A stretch of DNA of 64,000 bases from Dimorphilus gyrociliatus (lineage: Eukaryota; Animalia; Annelida). Where the stretch lies: the NCBI GenBank assembly GCA_904063045.1, contig CAJFCJ010000030.1, positions 62,001 to 126,000 of the forward strand, read 5' to 3'. A model generated the notes under the pieces. The model ran no database searches and was not told the origin of the DNA. It saw nothing but the letters and a program-made list of their open reading frames with translations. Numbering within the stretch: position 1 is the first letter of the stretch; each line of letters begins with the position of its first letter. The translations under genes and the position numbers were made by a program. This document shows, piece after piece, positions 14,583 to 28,000 of this stretch.

Positions 14583-15335
14583 ATGGCGGATAGTGGTGAA
14601 AGGTTTGTAAAATTGTTAATAAAACTTTCATTTTAGACAAATTGACATTTTTTCTTGAATATACGAACACTTAAATGGAACTTAAACAATATTGTAATTT
14701 TTAAGAGGATAGGGGTCGTATAATGAATACGTTTTTAAACGAACGAGTTCGTTTTGCCTTTGAACTTACTTGACCTATCTTACGAAATGACCCTTTAACA
14801 TATACTAAAGTAGCGACTTGTCCTCTTCAGCTCCAAGCAGACATACTCGATAATTCGAGAAATATACGAAAATGGTGCAGCTAGTGAACATTTTGAAGTA
14901 AAACTGGAGGAAGCGTTAGAAAAGGCTGTATCTGTTATTATTATTGAACCCAGCGTGTTGGGTGCCGAAACTGCAAAATGGATAATGATAGGAAATTTTC
15001 TTCATAAAACGTCCGTACTAACTGGTGTATTCTCTTTATCACTTGCAATACCAAATTATGTTCCAAAAGCCTATGTTCCTCTCGGTTTTGTGAGTTTCGT
15101 TTGTGCTGGATTGTATATGGCATCTTGGCAGTATGATCCTTGTTGTAAATATCAAGTGGAAAAGGACTCTAGAAAACTACAAAAATTACCCTTGCATCAT
15201 TTAACAAGTAATGCCCCAGTCGTTTTAGTACGTAAGGATGATTCAAGGAGGAAAATACTGCATACAACCATTGCCATTGCTGCTGTGTCATTTTCTGCGT
15301 ATTATTTATACAACATCTATATCGATGGCCAGTGA
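14583..15335 (+). CDS. TMEM11: Transmembrane protein 11 (mitochondrial, PMI family); 2 exons (14583-14602, 14831-15335)
   Basis: IIREIYE..EHFEVKLEEALE..IIIEPSVLGAETAKWIMIGNFLHKT and WQYDPCCKYQVE..LPLHHLTSNAPVVLVRKDD..LHTTIA match the TMEM11 family. The intron has compatible phase 2. Confidence 0.93.
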
Positions 15336-15649
15336 AAGAGGTACCGATATCTTTTGCAAGTGAATGTTCTAGTTCTATAAAAATTTAACGAAAGCTTGAA
15401 GCCCATTCAGAATACTTTCATTTTAAAGACAAAAAAAACAAGTATTTAATCGTTATCAATTTGCAGAAAACAAAAAGTATTTTGCTTTGATTAACACAAC
15501 GATAACGGAAAGTTCATAATTTATGGTAAATTATTTATTTTTGTATGTTTACGAACTGACGTTCCTGTGCAGTTTTTACTGTATTGTTATGTAATCGTCG
15601 ATTTAAAAAAAAGCAAATTTACAGATCGGTTTGATAAAATTTCTTTAAA

Positions 15650-16222
15650 TTAATTAGTACGAAATTTCTTTTCTAGAACATAGGCATCAGGGGGTTCAAT
15701 TCTTTTATAATAATTTTCTCTTTTCTCTGTTACTTCAAAATCAAACTTCTTATAAAATTCAATCGCATCATCGTTGTTTACTTGAACGTGCCTAAAAAAA
15801 TAAAAAAAAAAACAAATTCGTATTTTACTCTCATTCTAAGTAGTATAAAGTAAATATATTTACAAGTAAACGCTATTGTATGTTCCATCTTTTTCACAAA
15901 TTCCTAAAACATGTTCCACCATTACGGTTCCGATACCTAATCTTCTATAAGGTGCTAGACAACCAAGAGTCATGATGTATAACTTTTTTTGACCATCCTG
16001 AGATTTATCTACGCGACAGCAGACTCCGCCGACCACAATATCATTATAATAGGCTAGCTGGGCCAATGAGCCGACTTCAAGCACATCTTTATAAAAGTTG
16101 TTATTGTAGGTTACTGGGAAGATGACTTGATTCAATCTCTTCAATTGGTTTACATTATGCTGGGTGATATCACCCAGTTCTATATGTCCCTTACGACCTT
16201 TAGTCATTTCTAGATCTGCCAT
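15650..16222 (-). CDS. NAA50: N-alpha-acetyltransferase 50 (NatE catalytic subunit); 2 coding exons
   Basis: IELGDITQHNVNQLKRLNQVIFPVTY, YIMTLGCLAPYRRLGIG, YLHVQVNNDDAIEFYKKFDF..YYKRIEPPDAYVLEK. The start could instead be the Met at 16207. Confidence 0.95.
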
Positions 16223-17580
16223 GGGTAAAATGAGCGATAATTCGATATTAATCAAAGAAGTGAATCCAATACAAAAGGAAGTATAGTACAAATGTTACAT
16301 ATGAATTTAACAAAAATATGTGATTTACAATTCAACATTTGAAGATTATGCTATTAATAACAAAAAAATGTACTTTATATTGGAGTGGAAACGTGAGTTT
16401 TCCTTCCTGACTGATACCGTTTTTCGTATATGAAAATAGGTATGTTTTACATTTCTGAATTCCTTGGCGAATCGTAAATAATTAATCGAAGAGAAGAGTC
16501 AGGTATATTTTGCCTTTCAGCCTATAACCCTTCACTTTTTATTTCAGTTCAGAGTCATAGCAATTTTATAAATTTCATTCACAAAATTAGATTGTTTACA
16601 TGTGAGAATTTTCGGAAATATAACTTTTCATTGATAAATTTTAGTAATTCATCATTTTTTCGCTCAAAAATTCTCAAAAGTTTATTCGCTTAATACAAAT
16701 TTTACAGGGCAGAAATCGGTAAAGATTTTTTTGAGAGGTCTTGTATGGTTAAGATTAAAATCAGCCATTCTCTCTTATGTAATGTTTAAGCTATACAGCC
16801 TAATTGTTTGAACAACGACTCAAAAAAACAGAAGCTAACAGCAAGGTCTGAAGAAATTTTATCACTATAAGCTATGTTTCATAAGCTGATTTAAACACAA
16901 AGAAAAACATTTTTTTAGCTATTATGTAATGCATTGAGAAATGGAAATAGCCTATGCCAATAAGAGGACGATAGAGATCAACCCATATAACAAAATAGAT
17001 TCTTCTGCTTGGGAAACCCTCATAGATTAACTTTAAACCGATCAATCTCAAAGTAAACGAAAAACTCAATTAGTGCTTAATTCTGAAAGTCACTATAGCT
17101 AGGACATAAATTTAAAAGCCAATAGTTAATTATAAACGAAGTCTATTTTGCTATGAAAATGTATTGAATTAAAATTTGAGTCTTTTTAATTATCTTAGAA
17201 TATTGAGTGGCTAACGGTTGATACTTTACTTGCTATATTGAGTTTCTAGTGTGTTAGATATTTACTAATATAAGTTAATGCATTTCATTTCAGACCCCTT
17301 ACTACCAATAAAACAAACATTTTGAATAGTGAACGAATATTTCTTCTACCAGTTTCTGCCAGTACAAGTAACCCGTCTACTGGATATAATTTTAGATAGG
17401 TTGCGGGATACGCTTAGGCGACATTTTGTTTTCATAATTATCCTACTCGAAAAACAAATATATCAGGTATTTGAAGCGCTTTTTCAGATCCAGTTTACAT
17501 ATTTTATTTGTTTAAAATAGTTTATGCATTTGATGGGTAACTTCTAGGTTCTTTCCAACTTAAAATCAGATAAAAAACTG

Positions 17581-17665
17581 TTCATTGGCTGTTTCATAAC
17601 AAAGCACCATGATTGGCCGCACATTGTCAAATGACCGACGTGAATTTTCAGTCTTCTTCCAATCA
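17581..17665. promoter_or_regulatory. Three CCAAT boxes upstream of NFYC
   Basis: ATTGG at 17584-17588 (AGCCAATGA on -), ATTGG at 17612-17616 (GGCCAATCA on -), CCAAT at 17659-17663. They lie upstream of a probable 5' UTR intron (17827-17885) and the ATG at 17894. Confidence 0.5.
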
Positions 17666-17893
17666 CGAAATTTCGAATTATTTAATCGGGACACTAAATG
17701 TTTTTATAGTAATATAAAACAATAACAATACTCTAATAAGCTTCTCATGCCTCTTATTTTTAATAATAAGACTGTATTTTTCACGAATGGGTCTCGATAA
17801 CTTTCTAGTCGTCTTTCATTGTGCTGGTATATTTTACTCTATGGAGATTCATCTTATATATACTAGTATTTACCTTAATTTTTAGCTTGAAAC

Positions 17894-19591
17894 ATGTCGG
17901 ATACCATTCACCTCTTTCCGGAAAGCGAAGGACAAAAAAGCTTGAAAGAATTTTGGACCCAATGTTTACAAGATATGACAAATTTGGATCCTCACGATGG
18001 GAATAAAGTATTTCGATTAATATATTAGACAAGAACAAGATCTTATTTAACTTTTTTTTACGAAAACAGCAAAAAACTTTCTTCAAATCTCCTGAGTTGC
18101 CTTTGGCAAGAATCAAGAAGATAATGAAATTAGACGAAGATGTAAAAATGATAAGCGCCGAAGCACCAGTTTTATTTTCAAAAGCAGCAGAGCTGTTTAT
18201 TCACGAACTAACGTTACGAGCTTGGATACATACAGAGGAAAATAAACGAAGAACTCTTCAGAAAAATGACGTTGCACTCGCCATATCCAAGTGCGATACT
18301 TTTGATTTTCTAATTGATATAGTCCCTCGTGAAGATGGAAAAACAAAAGTGGTAAGCTGTTGACACATTATCTTTTTCCTTGGAAGATACTATTTCATTT
18401 TTTTATCCCTAAACAAAGGATGAAGGCACACCTAGATCGGGAAATGATATTCAGTACTACATAACTCTACCGCAACAACAGCAGAGTCATCAAGGTATTT
18501 TTGTTCGTTTGTTATATTCAATTTTTATTGTATGTATAAGCGATTCAGTCCTCTAATAAATTTATTCCTGTATTCAAAAGCCACAACACAACCTATTCAA
18601 ATACAATTGGGCAATCAGGAAAATATGTCCCAAATAATTCAATTACCCCAGACATCCTGTCAATCTCAGGTTAGTAGAATAGAATATTTTTTTGGTAAAG
18701 ACTTAGCCTCTCTATTATAAGTTTAAAATATCATTTTATACAAGCACGGTTTTAATTAGGTTGTTCAGCAAGTACTTGTACCTTCCACTGGTGGTTCTGA
18801 CGGGAATAATATGTCAGCCGTTACAGTAATAACCATTTTAAATAAGCTGTTTAGTGGTATCTCTGTTAGATGAATAGCGTAGTAGGTTGATGTAATAGCT
18901 ATTTTCTATAGGATATTTAAATTCTTATTCGATGGTATTGCACGCAAATTGTTTTAGATAATAGATATTTATAGATTATTATTCATATTTTTTCAAAAAA
19001 ACAACTTTCTTTTACTTTTACATTAACAGTTAACGACGGAGCAGTTGCAATCTCTTCAGTCACAAATTAAAACTGTCCAAAGTGGATCAAATTCAAATCA
19101 AGGTAGCTAGTGAAAAAGTTCACTTGTTTTTCTTAATTTAATTCTTTTTCGTTTTAAACCAGTACAACAATTACAAGTTCAACTAGCGGGCAACCAGACT
19201 ACTGATGGATCGTCTGGTACAATATCTCAAATTATTCAACTACCAGTCTCTAATGCTAGCAACGTATCGGGAACTTCTCAAGTTGTTCAACAGCTGATGA
19301 TTCCATCGGGTACCGGAACTGACTCAACTGCTATGTCAGCTATAAGTGTAAGTGTTTCTTGTCTGATTTGATTTTGTATAGTTATCGCAATAGCTTTAAA
19401 AAATATTTTCAATTTCAAATATATAGATAACTCCAGAACAATTGCAAGCTATACAGCAACAATTAAACAAGTCTACCGGTTCGCAAATCCATGCGGGAGG
19501 AAATCAAATATTTCAGTTACAACAAGTTGCCACAGTGGGTGGACAACCAACTGTATATGTAGAGACTTCAGAAGAGATGTCAGGAGAATGA
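17894..19591 (+). CDS. NFYC: Nuclear transcription factor Y subunit gamma (histone fold plus Gln-rich C-terminus); multi-exon
   Basis: [74 protein letters not shown], followed by Q-rich exons to TGA at 19589-19591. Confidence 0.96.
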
Positions 19592-19698
19592 ATAACTCAA
19601 GATGTTTGGCAGTTTAACGCGAAAACTCGTTTTACGTGTCGTTGTACATTATTGCATGCTTATATTATAAAAAATTACTCCTATCTTAATATTTTTTG

Positions 19699-22375
19699 TC
19701 AATCGGAGTCAAATTCTTCGATCTTCAATTCAGGATCGTTAACAGGTGGGTCTGGGGTTTTAGGCAATTGATCTTTAACTTCAAAACTTCTCTTTGAATA
19801 AGCTATTTTATCAGTAACTTCCATATCGACTGCTTCCATTTGATCAAGGCTTTTGTTTACTGTAAGCGAAATATCTTTAATTTCTTTTCCTGTAAATTCT
19901 ATATTTGAAAGCTAACCTAGATTTCCACGAAATGAAAAACTTCGTGATATGCAGGATTTTTGCGCCATTGTACACATGCAACAATTGCAATTTTTAATAA
20001 ATGGTATTAATTCCGTTGCAATATTCAGAGGCTTCCAATATCCAGCTTAAAAGATATAAAAAGCCTAGTAGACGAGTTATAAATAAGTTGTTTAATTAAT
20101 AGTAGCTTACATTGAAATAGCCTTTCAATATTTTGTTTATTCTCTCCCATTTGATTTCTAACAGTCATGAATAGAGGCTTTTTCAAGGGTTGTAATTTCT
20201 TTTTCGAGTTAGTTGGATAATTAGCACGTTTCTTTGTATTGTAAAACATTATACTACGAGATGCATAGCTTGCAATCGTTCCCTCAAGAGAGGATCTTGT
20301 CTGGAAGGATTAAAATTTCTCTTACAATGTGCTATTTAGGGAATTTATGCTGAGAAGTTTACTAACATTCCAATTTGAGACCATAGTATCAACTACAGAA
20401 AAAGCTTCTGCAGTATTGGCTATATCGTATATATCTCCATAAAAATCAAGATAATTTTGCTGCAGAAAGGAGCTAAAGCAGTCGGCAGTTAATCCAACTC
20501 TTTCGAATACCTCCTGAATAAGATAATAGATATTTCCGTAAAAATGTTATATATAATAAAAAACTTTACCTCAGGATTCTCTTTCAAAGGCTTTCGGTAT
20601 AGTTCGGCAGGTGGTTCCGATTCTTCTTTTACTTCTTTTATAATATGTATTTCTTCTCTCTTGGCGTATAGTATTTTGCCTAAAGCATGAAAAAGAAACA
20701 AACCGGAATCTCTTCCTTTCGAAGAATGTACATATTCTTTCGTGGATTTTGTATTTAATCCTTTGTCTAGGTTTAATAGAGAAAGTATTTCATAAAAAAC
20801 AATATACAAATATAATCAATTATTTTGAAATTACCTGATACCATAGCAATTTGTAGAGCATTAATACAGCATCTAATATCGCCAGGATTGGATGCTATTA
20901 TATCTTCGATTAAACGTTTATCAGGTAATTGCAAAGACTCATCCTATAAGAGTAAAGTGATTTTTTACAATGTCCTATAAAATGACTATAGTCCAACCTG
21001 AGATTTCTCTAAATTAGCTATTCTATTTAAACTTTTATACAGAATCGTTGGAGCGATTGCGTTAAAACTGTAACAGATGAATAAAAATAAGAGAAAACCG
21101 TAAATTAAAAAAAAAACATGATAATTTTTAACCTTTATTTACAAACCTTATATTAATAATACTTAAATCACCAGTAGTTGAAGGATTAAACAATTTTTGC
21201 ATATTCCACTCAGAGGATGAGCTATCGCTTATTATAAATACTAATGGCGTTGTTCCGCACCGTTTATACTCTCTAAAAAGTGCATATACTTATATATCGA
21301 AATACACACAAAATACAATATTATATATGTTAACTCTATTTTCTTATTACGTTTTCTTTACCTGAGTACGTTGTGGAATTCATTCAAGTTTTCAAAGAAT
21401 ACTGGTAGTAAATCCTATTTGTAAAATATATAAATGAATATATTTTGATATATTAATAAACAATAACTATGGTTAATACTTTTATTACCTCAACTAGATT
21501 TATTTTCTTCACACCAGATAATAAACTTTCTTTTGAATATCGAAAAAGTGTTTGAAATTCATTCGATTTGAAAAGAAAATCAGAAAAAATTTCCATTTGT
21601 TTCTCTCCGTATTCGATTCTTCCATATTCTAAAAATTTTATTATAACAATCAATTGAATAATTAAACAATGATTATCTATAGATTAACACCAACCATCTA
21701 ATTCTCTATCAATCTGATTATCTTCCATGTTAAAATTAGGTGGGACTTCCCAAGTACTGACTTCTATTTTCATTGATTTGCACAATAATAATAATGTTGT
21801 AGTTTTCCCACATCCAGTTGGACCGGAGAGAATAATAATCGGAGCCTGAAAACATATAGACATATATTCTATACTGTCGACGATTTGGTCGTATAATAAA
21901 AGAACTTACGGTTTTAAGATTAGAGCTAAAACACCAATCCAAGAGCTCTTGGACACTCGACACCTTTTTCTTATGAACAGCCAAATCGGCCTATCAACGA
22001 TTAAGCTGTAAATTAGATTTGGATTTTAATAATTTGCTTACCAAATGCCTAGGAGTATTCTTCTCTGCCCAAGAGCATTCTGCCACAACTTTCTGATTTC
22101 TTCTCCTAATTACTTTTGAAGTATGCGTCTCCAAATCAGGATTAGCTGATCTAAATTTTCTAATGGAAGGTTGAGAGTGACTACTGAAGTCACTAAAGTC
22201 ACTAAATCCACCACCAGTGGTAAGTTTTTTCTTTCTCTGTGGTCATTAATAAAGGTTTTAGTCAATTTTAAAACATAATTCAAATGAGATATACCTCATA
22301 TTGTGATGAACTCCTAAGATTATTAATTGTATCAAAACTTCCACATTTTCTTACTCTCTTATCTTTCTTCAACAT
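19699..22375 (-). CDS. RAD17: Cell-cycle checkpoint clamp loader RAD17; multi-exon
   Basis: WAEKNTPRHL/LAVHKKKV, Walker A SGPTGCGKTT, FNAIAPT, GDIRCCINALQ, GRDSGLFLFHALGKILYAKRE, C-terminus KIEEFDSD-stop at 19699-19701. The 5' end is approximate. Confidence 0.92.
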
Positions 22376-22804
22376 GAATAGTGGAGTACGAGATCAATGA
22401 TCCGAGCGGAAATTGATATAGACCTTATACAGTAACTTATTTTAACCTTTAGGAAATGAGTATAGACTACGATCTAATAAATATATTTCGTGTACGAATA
22501 GAATCTAACTCAAAGGTTGATAGTTTACTTTATTCGTGTATTTATACAGATAGGAACTCTCGTATTATGGTTAGCCGGAAGGTCCACCGGTGTTTTCGAA
22601 TATTACATATAGATGTCGCTAGTATATATATATATATATATAGATATATATATATTGAATAACAAAAAAACTTGTGCAATAACAATCATAAAAAGTGGCT
22701 TTTTATGTATACTGACACAATTATTTCGTGTAAGATATTTACTTTAAGTTAAGATAAGTATTTAATAAAGATTTGCATGTAAAATAAATGACTTTTAATT
22801 GAAG

Positions 22805-23752
22805 TTAGCCACAAATTCTGCGACCAATACGACTGAAGGCCATACGAAAATCTCTATTACTGAAGACATAAACAAAAGGGTTGATACCGGAATTAATATA
22901 AGCTGCCCACGATGCCCATTCATACAACCAATTTGGGATCCAATTTTCGTGAAATGTCATTATTGGCCAAACTATAGTCCAAGGTAACCAACATAGTAAA
23001 AATACTAATATAATAATTCCAAGCATAATAGCGGCTCGTTTTTGTTTAATCATCCGTTGACCTTGATCTTTTTCATCCGAGACTTTTTTGGTTAGTTCTT
23101 GATTAATTGCCTTATATAAAAGAATATACAATGTACACATAAGAATTATTGGAATATAGTAAACGACGCTTGCTGAAACTAAGGCGTACCATTGATTTAC
23201 GGAATAGTCGCAAGCTGTTTCTTTAACATTGTGGATAGAACCGTCTCTAAGACGTCTAATAATATAAATAGCTGGTACCCAGGCAATGGCAGCGCAAAAC
23301 CATATAAGGACTATTAAATTCCTTAATCTCGATTTACTCCACATTTTCATATGCATTAGAGGTTGTGTAATTGCTGAGTGACGATCGGCAGCTATTGCTG
23401 CTAGTGTGAAGAAGCTAGCCGTACAGGATAAATAGTCAATGGAAACCCATAAATCACATGCTATAACACCCCAGGGCCAACAGGATACTAAAGTGTACAC
23501 CAACATTGGAGGCATAACAAATATCCCAACAAAGAAGTCAGCTATGGCTAAAGAGATGTAGTATATGTTACCACCAACGTCTTGCAGTTTTGAATCGAAT
23601 ACTAATGCTATTATAATTCCCAAATTACCAAAGACTGTACAAATTATTAATATACCAAAACCAATTATAACGCCTATTTGATGACTATATTCTTTATCTG
23701 GACCGAATACGATCTCGCTGAATTTACAAGTTTCCTCTGTTGTTTGATTCAT
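22805..23752 (-). CDS. Intronless class A GPCR, biogenic-amine type (histamine/muscarinic-like TM3), 315 aa
   Basis: Seven hydrophobic segments with GN (TM1), LAIADFFVG..MP (TM2), CDLWVSIDYLSCTAS..DRH (TM3, Asp3.32), W (TM4), YYIP (TM5), CWLP (TM6) and WAAYINSGINPFVY (TM7). Confidence 0.92.
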   Translation of the reverse strand: MNQTTEETCKFSEIVFGPDKEYSHQIGVIIGFGILIICTVFGNLGIIIALVFDSKLQDVGGNIYYISLAIADFFVGIFVMPPMLVYTLVSCWPWGVIACDLWVSIDYLSCTASFFTLAAIAADRHSAITQPLMHMKMWSKSRLRNLIVLIWFCAAIAWVPAIYIIRRLRDGSIHNVKETACDYSVNQWYALVSASVVYYIPIILMCTLYILLYKAINQELTKKVSDEKDQGQRMIKQKRAAIMLGIIILVFLLCWLPWTIVWPIMTFHENWIPNWLYEWASWAAYINSGINPFVYVFSNRDFRMAFSRIGRRICG

Positions 23753-25045
23753 TTCCCAATTCCAATTGCCTTACATTTCTTCCACGTAGCCTTTTATACG
23801 AAGCTAAACTTTGCACTTGATTTAGCTTTAATCTACTTGCTAGTGTCTTAGTTGTGTATCAGGTAACGCCAACGTACAACTTTTGATCAACAAGCCAAGT
23901 GTATATTTTGTATCTTCTTAGCACTTAGATACTATAAACTATTTTGCTAATGAATTAAAAATTCTAATTAAAACCTAGAATATATAAAACACCGCATTTA
24001 ACTTTATATATGCTTTAAAGGTAAATTAGAAGAGTTTTCAACTATAATAAGAACAAAAAAGTATCATACTGAGAATTTATTCATTAAAGACGTCGTGTTT
24101 TTCTAGATTTAATTAAAGCCAGGAATAAGGGTTCTTTCATACATCAATGAGATAAAAAAAATTGTATTTAATTATCTAAATGTTCTATTAATCAAGTTTC
24201 GTTTGTTACCTATGGGCTACTTTTATTCAAAAAAGAAATGTAAAAGAAAAGTTTACACGTTGCTTTTACGCATTTCAGAACGAACAACTAACAAATTGCA
24301 TAAGAAATTGTTAAAACTAAAAATTGGGATAGAGCGAGAGGGAATCAGAGGAAGGCAATTTACAGGGAAATATTTTCCATGTGTAAATAATATCAGTATT
24401 TAAAATAGTAACGTTCTGTGAAAATATTCTTTAATGGAAGATTTTTAAGTTTAATGCAGAAAAAATTTTAAAGGTTTGCTAGTCTAGCATTCATTCAGTA
24501 CATTGATAAAATCCTTCCTTTTTTCCTTTACATCGAATATACTGATCACATAATTGACTATTATATATATATGCATACATCTAACATACTGTATATAAAT
24601 TTATATACAAACGACAAGTTAAAAGCGAACAAGGGTAGGAATAGGATAAGGTAAATGAATTAAATAATCTTTTTTTGAAGCATTGGAAGATTTAGGAAAA
24701 AATAAATGTTTTTGTCCTGTAAGTGTAAAAACAGAAGGTATAATTAACTCTCTGCTCTTTCAAGCTTCTGTATATGAAAACATTACAATGACAATGTTAT
24801 AATCTAAGGGTTTTTTATTAATTTTTTATCTGGTTTTCTTTCTTTTTTCATCTTTTTTTCTTCCTTTTTTTAATTATTAAATTAAAATTGAAAATCTTCA
24901 ATCGTGTTATTCCTATAGATAAGATCTAAGTCTTATCATGCTGTGTGTCGGTCTGTGTGTGTTTGTAATAATGTACATATATGCATACGCACGTTGACGT
25001 AGACAGTTAATTAATGATTTAATTAATAACTAGATACAATTTTAT

Positions 25046-28000
25046 CTACAACTCTTCATGTGGTTCAACTATTCTTAAACGTTCAGAATTTGAATTGAGG
25101 ATCAAATGATAATAAAAATTAACTGTTTGTTCATAATTCTTGACTCCTATTCTTTCGTTTACACCGTGAAATCTTTTTAAATCGGCCATTTTCATTTTAC
25201 TTGGTGAGAAGCGATAAATATTATGTGTTAGATGCCAGTAATGCCGTGTATCTGTATTGGCCACCATTGTGGACGGAGCGGTTATAAGTTTAATATCTGA
25301 GAATACTTGGTTGAGACTTTCGGCTATGGCATGATAACCAAAAGCTGTTTCATCAGAAGGAGAAACTGGAGAAGGGTCTAAAGAAACTTTAACTGTTGTT
25401 TTTATCCTACTATCGCCAATTATTCTAATATCTCTATCTAATACGTCTTTCACGCTATCAGCAGGATGTATTCTATGATTGACACAAGCCTCAGCTTTTG
25501 GGGAAACTACATTATCTTTTATTCCAGATTTGAACTTTGTTACTGCAGTAGTTGTGCGACAAATGGAATCGGTTGACGGTTTTCTGCCAAACGCATATGC
25601 AACCAACGGTCTAAAGAGCCATAGATTTGCTGCAATGACTCGTGCGTAAAAAGGTAACTGTTTGAAAACAATTTTAAAACTGTCATTTACATGTTCTGGA
25701 ATATAAAGGAAGTAATAACTAACGTATGGAGCGAGATGTTCAACGAATTGTCTCTCGGGTCCTGATCCAAAAAGATTTGGTTGTAGTTGATTGTGAAGGC
25801 GTTCAATTGCTTGGGAGAGTATAACGATTGAATTTTCACGCGGTGGCATAGACGAGTGGCCTCCTTCAGTTGTAACTGATAAGTTTAATGTGACAATTCC
25901 TTTTTCAGCAACACTGATCCTGCAAATTGGATTGTTGTTTGCAATTAGTAAACTAATCTTCTTAATTTTAAGTGAACTATTAATAATAGCATTACTATTG
26001 ATGAAGCTTAAAACAATTAAAATATCTTACATAGCAACTGGACTATCCAGTAAGTATTTTGGAACAACATCATCAATGATAAATGTTCCTTCGTCCAATA
26101 AGTATTCCAACTCAACTCCTCGTTTACCCAATAGTTCACCAATACGTTTGGCACCTGTGAAGCCTCCGACCTCTTCATCGTGCCCAAACGCTAAATATAA
26201 AGTCCTTTCGAATTCGAAACCTGATTCCAAAGCGAACGATACAGCCTCCAAAATAGCCTTAGAGGAAGACAATACGATTCAGTAATTATTTATACAAGTT
26301 AACTTTTAGAGCCAAAACTAACCATAACCATATTCTTATCATCTATTGTACCTCTGCTGTAAATGAATCCGTCTATTATCTCCCCAGAGAAGGGCGGAGC
26401 GATCTGTAAGAATCGGAAGATTTTAAACCAGGTTAAACCATTTAAGTATCAAATATCATCAGGCCTAAATATAAGCGTTTGAAAATCGTAGGATTCTCCT
26501 CTATGTCTTGCTGCTAGTGTAAACAGCACTCAAAAACAAATTTAAAAAATGACAACGGAATCGATACCAACAAAGATAGAAAACGCTAAAGTTATCAAGT
26601 CGTTTGATGACGGTTATAATGTCAGAGAAATGACACTCGAAGACGCGGAAACCGTGCAAAATGTAAGTATTTAAAATAAAAGGAAGAGAAAAATGAGGAA
26701 AGACGGAGCATTTTTTAAAATTGCTATAGGCCTTAAACTCATATTTGTAAAACAACCAACAGTGGTTCGCCTCCTCTTATTCGAACGTTTGTAGGCACGA
26801 TTTGTTAGTGGCTCTTAAGACTTTCCCCAGGAATTCAGGGTTCTATATGGGCGAAATAGACGGTGTTACAGTCGCCAGCGCCTTTCGAACAGCTGTTGGT
26901 ACAGGGATATTTTTCGGTAGTTACTATTATGTTAAAAAGGAGTATAGGAAGAGGGGTTTTGGCACTCGCTTGAGAGACCAAGTGGCTAGAGATCATGTTG
27001 GCAACAATATATTAGTTGTTGACGCGACTGACGATAGTAAAACTGCTAATGAGGCAAAATTTGGCTACATTAAGGCTCCCTTTCAAATTGTTCGACTTAG
27101 CGGACCGTCTCGTATTGAGGTATTTCCCTCGAGCGGCAATCGATTATTGCTCCCATTCTTTTCCCCTATGATTCACTATATGAGCAAATAACAAAATCAC
27201 AAAAATAGTAGGAGAAATTGAGGAATAATCTTGTATAAATAGACATAATAAGGTAAAGAGGTAGAAATAATTCTTTTTGGCTTGAAAAATTTAGATTGGT
27301 GTAATTCGATACTACAAAATGATCTATGTAGAATTCTCGCTCAGAATATGTCTTTAAAAAAAATATTTATATGTCTTTGTATAAAGTACAAGAGAGCCAA
27401 AGATAATTGATTTAGGCAGCAGGCAGGCATAGCCACAGAGATAGACGAATCGAGAGAGAGACAGAGAGAGAGAGCCAGAGAGAGAGTAAGAGAGGGTAGG
27501 AGATAGATTGAGTGGGTGGAGAGAGATAGTAAGAAAAAGAAAACAGATATAAATAAGGTCATTGCACTTTTGTAATTTAAAAATTGAGTATATTCATTTT
27601 TATATGGAAAACCCGACTCTAACCGAAATACCTCAATAAAAAAGGTTAAAACTGAAAATATTACTTTCGAAACGATTACTAAAAAGCATTTTGATGATAT
27701 TATTGATTACGACAACAACTGCTACATCCAGGCAAATTATCCAATAAGAAGAGCTTTTCTGTTAAAATGGCTATTCGATATTGAGGGCAGTCGTTCCGTT
27801 GTGGCTTTTGCAAAAGGAAAAATTGTAGGATATGGGCAGAGGAGGCCAACTGAAGGATGCGTTATGCATTTTATAGGGCCTCTATATGCCGATAGTGATG
27901 AAATAGCTATGGGCATACTCTCAGAATTAGGCAAAGGGTTACCAGAAGGTAATAAATTCTATTTACATGCCTACTCTGCCAACAAAAGTTGGATGAAATT

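Noticed and set aside
16300-17560. Scattered GT-AG pairs and short ORFs between NAA50 and NFYC
   Set aside because: No consistent long spliced frame and no recognisable homology. More likely UTR or promoter sequence.
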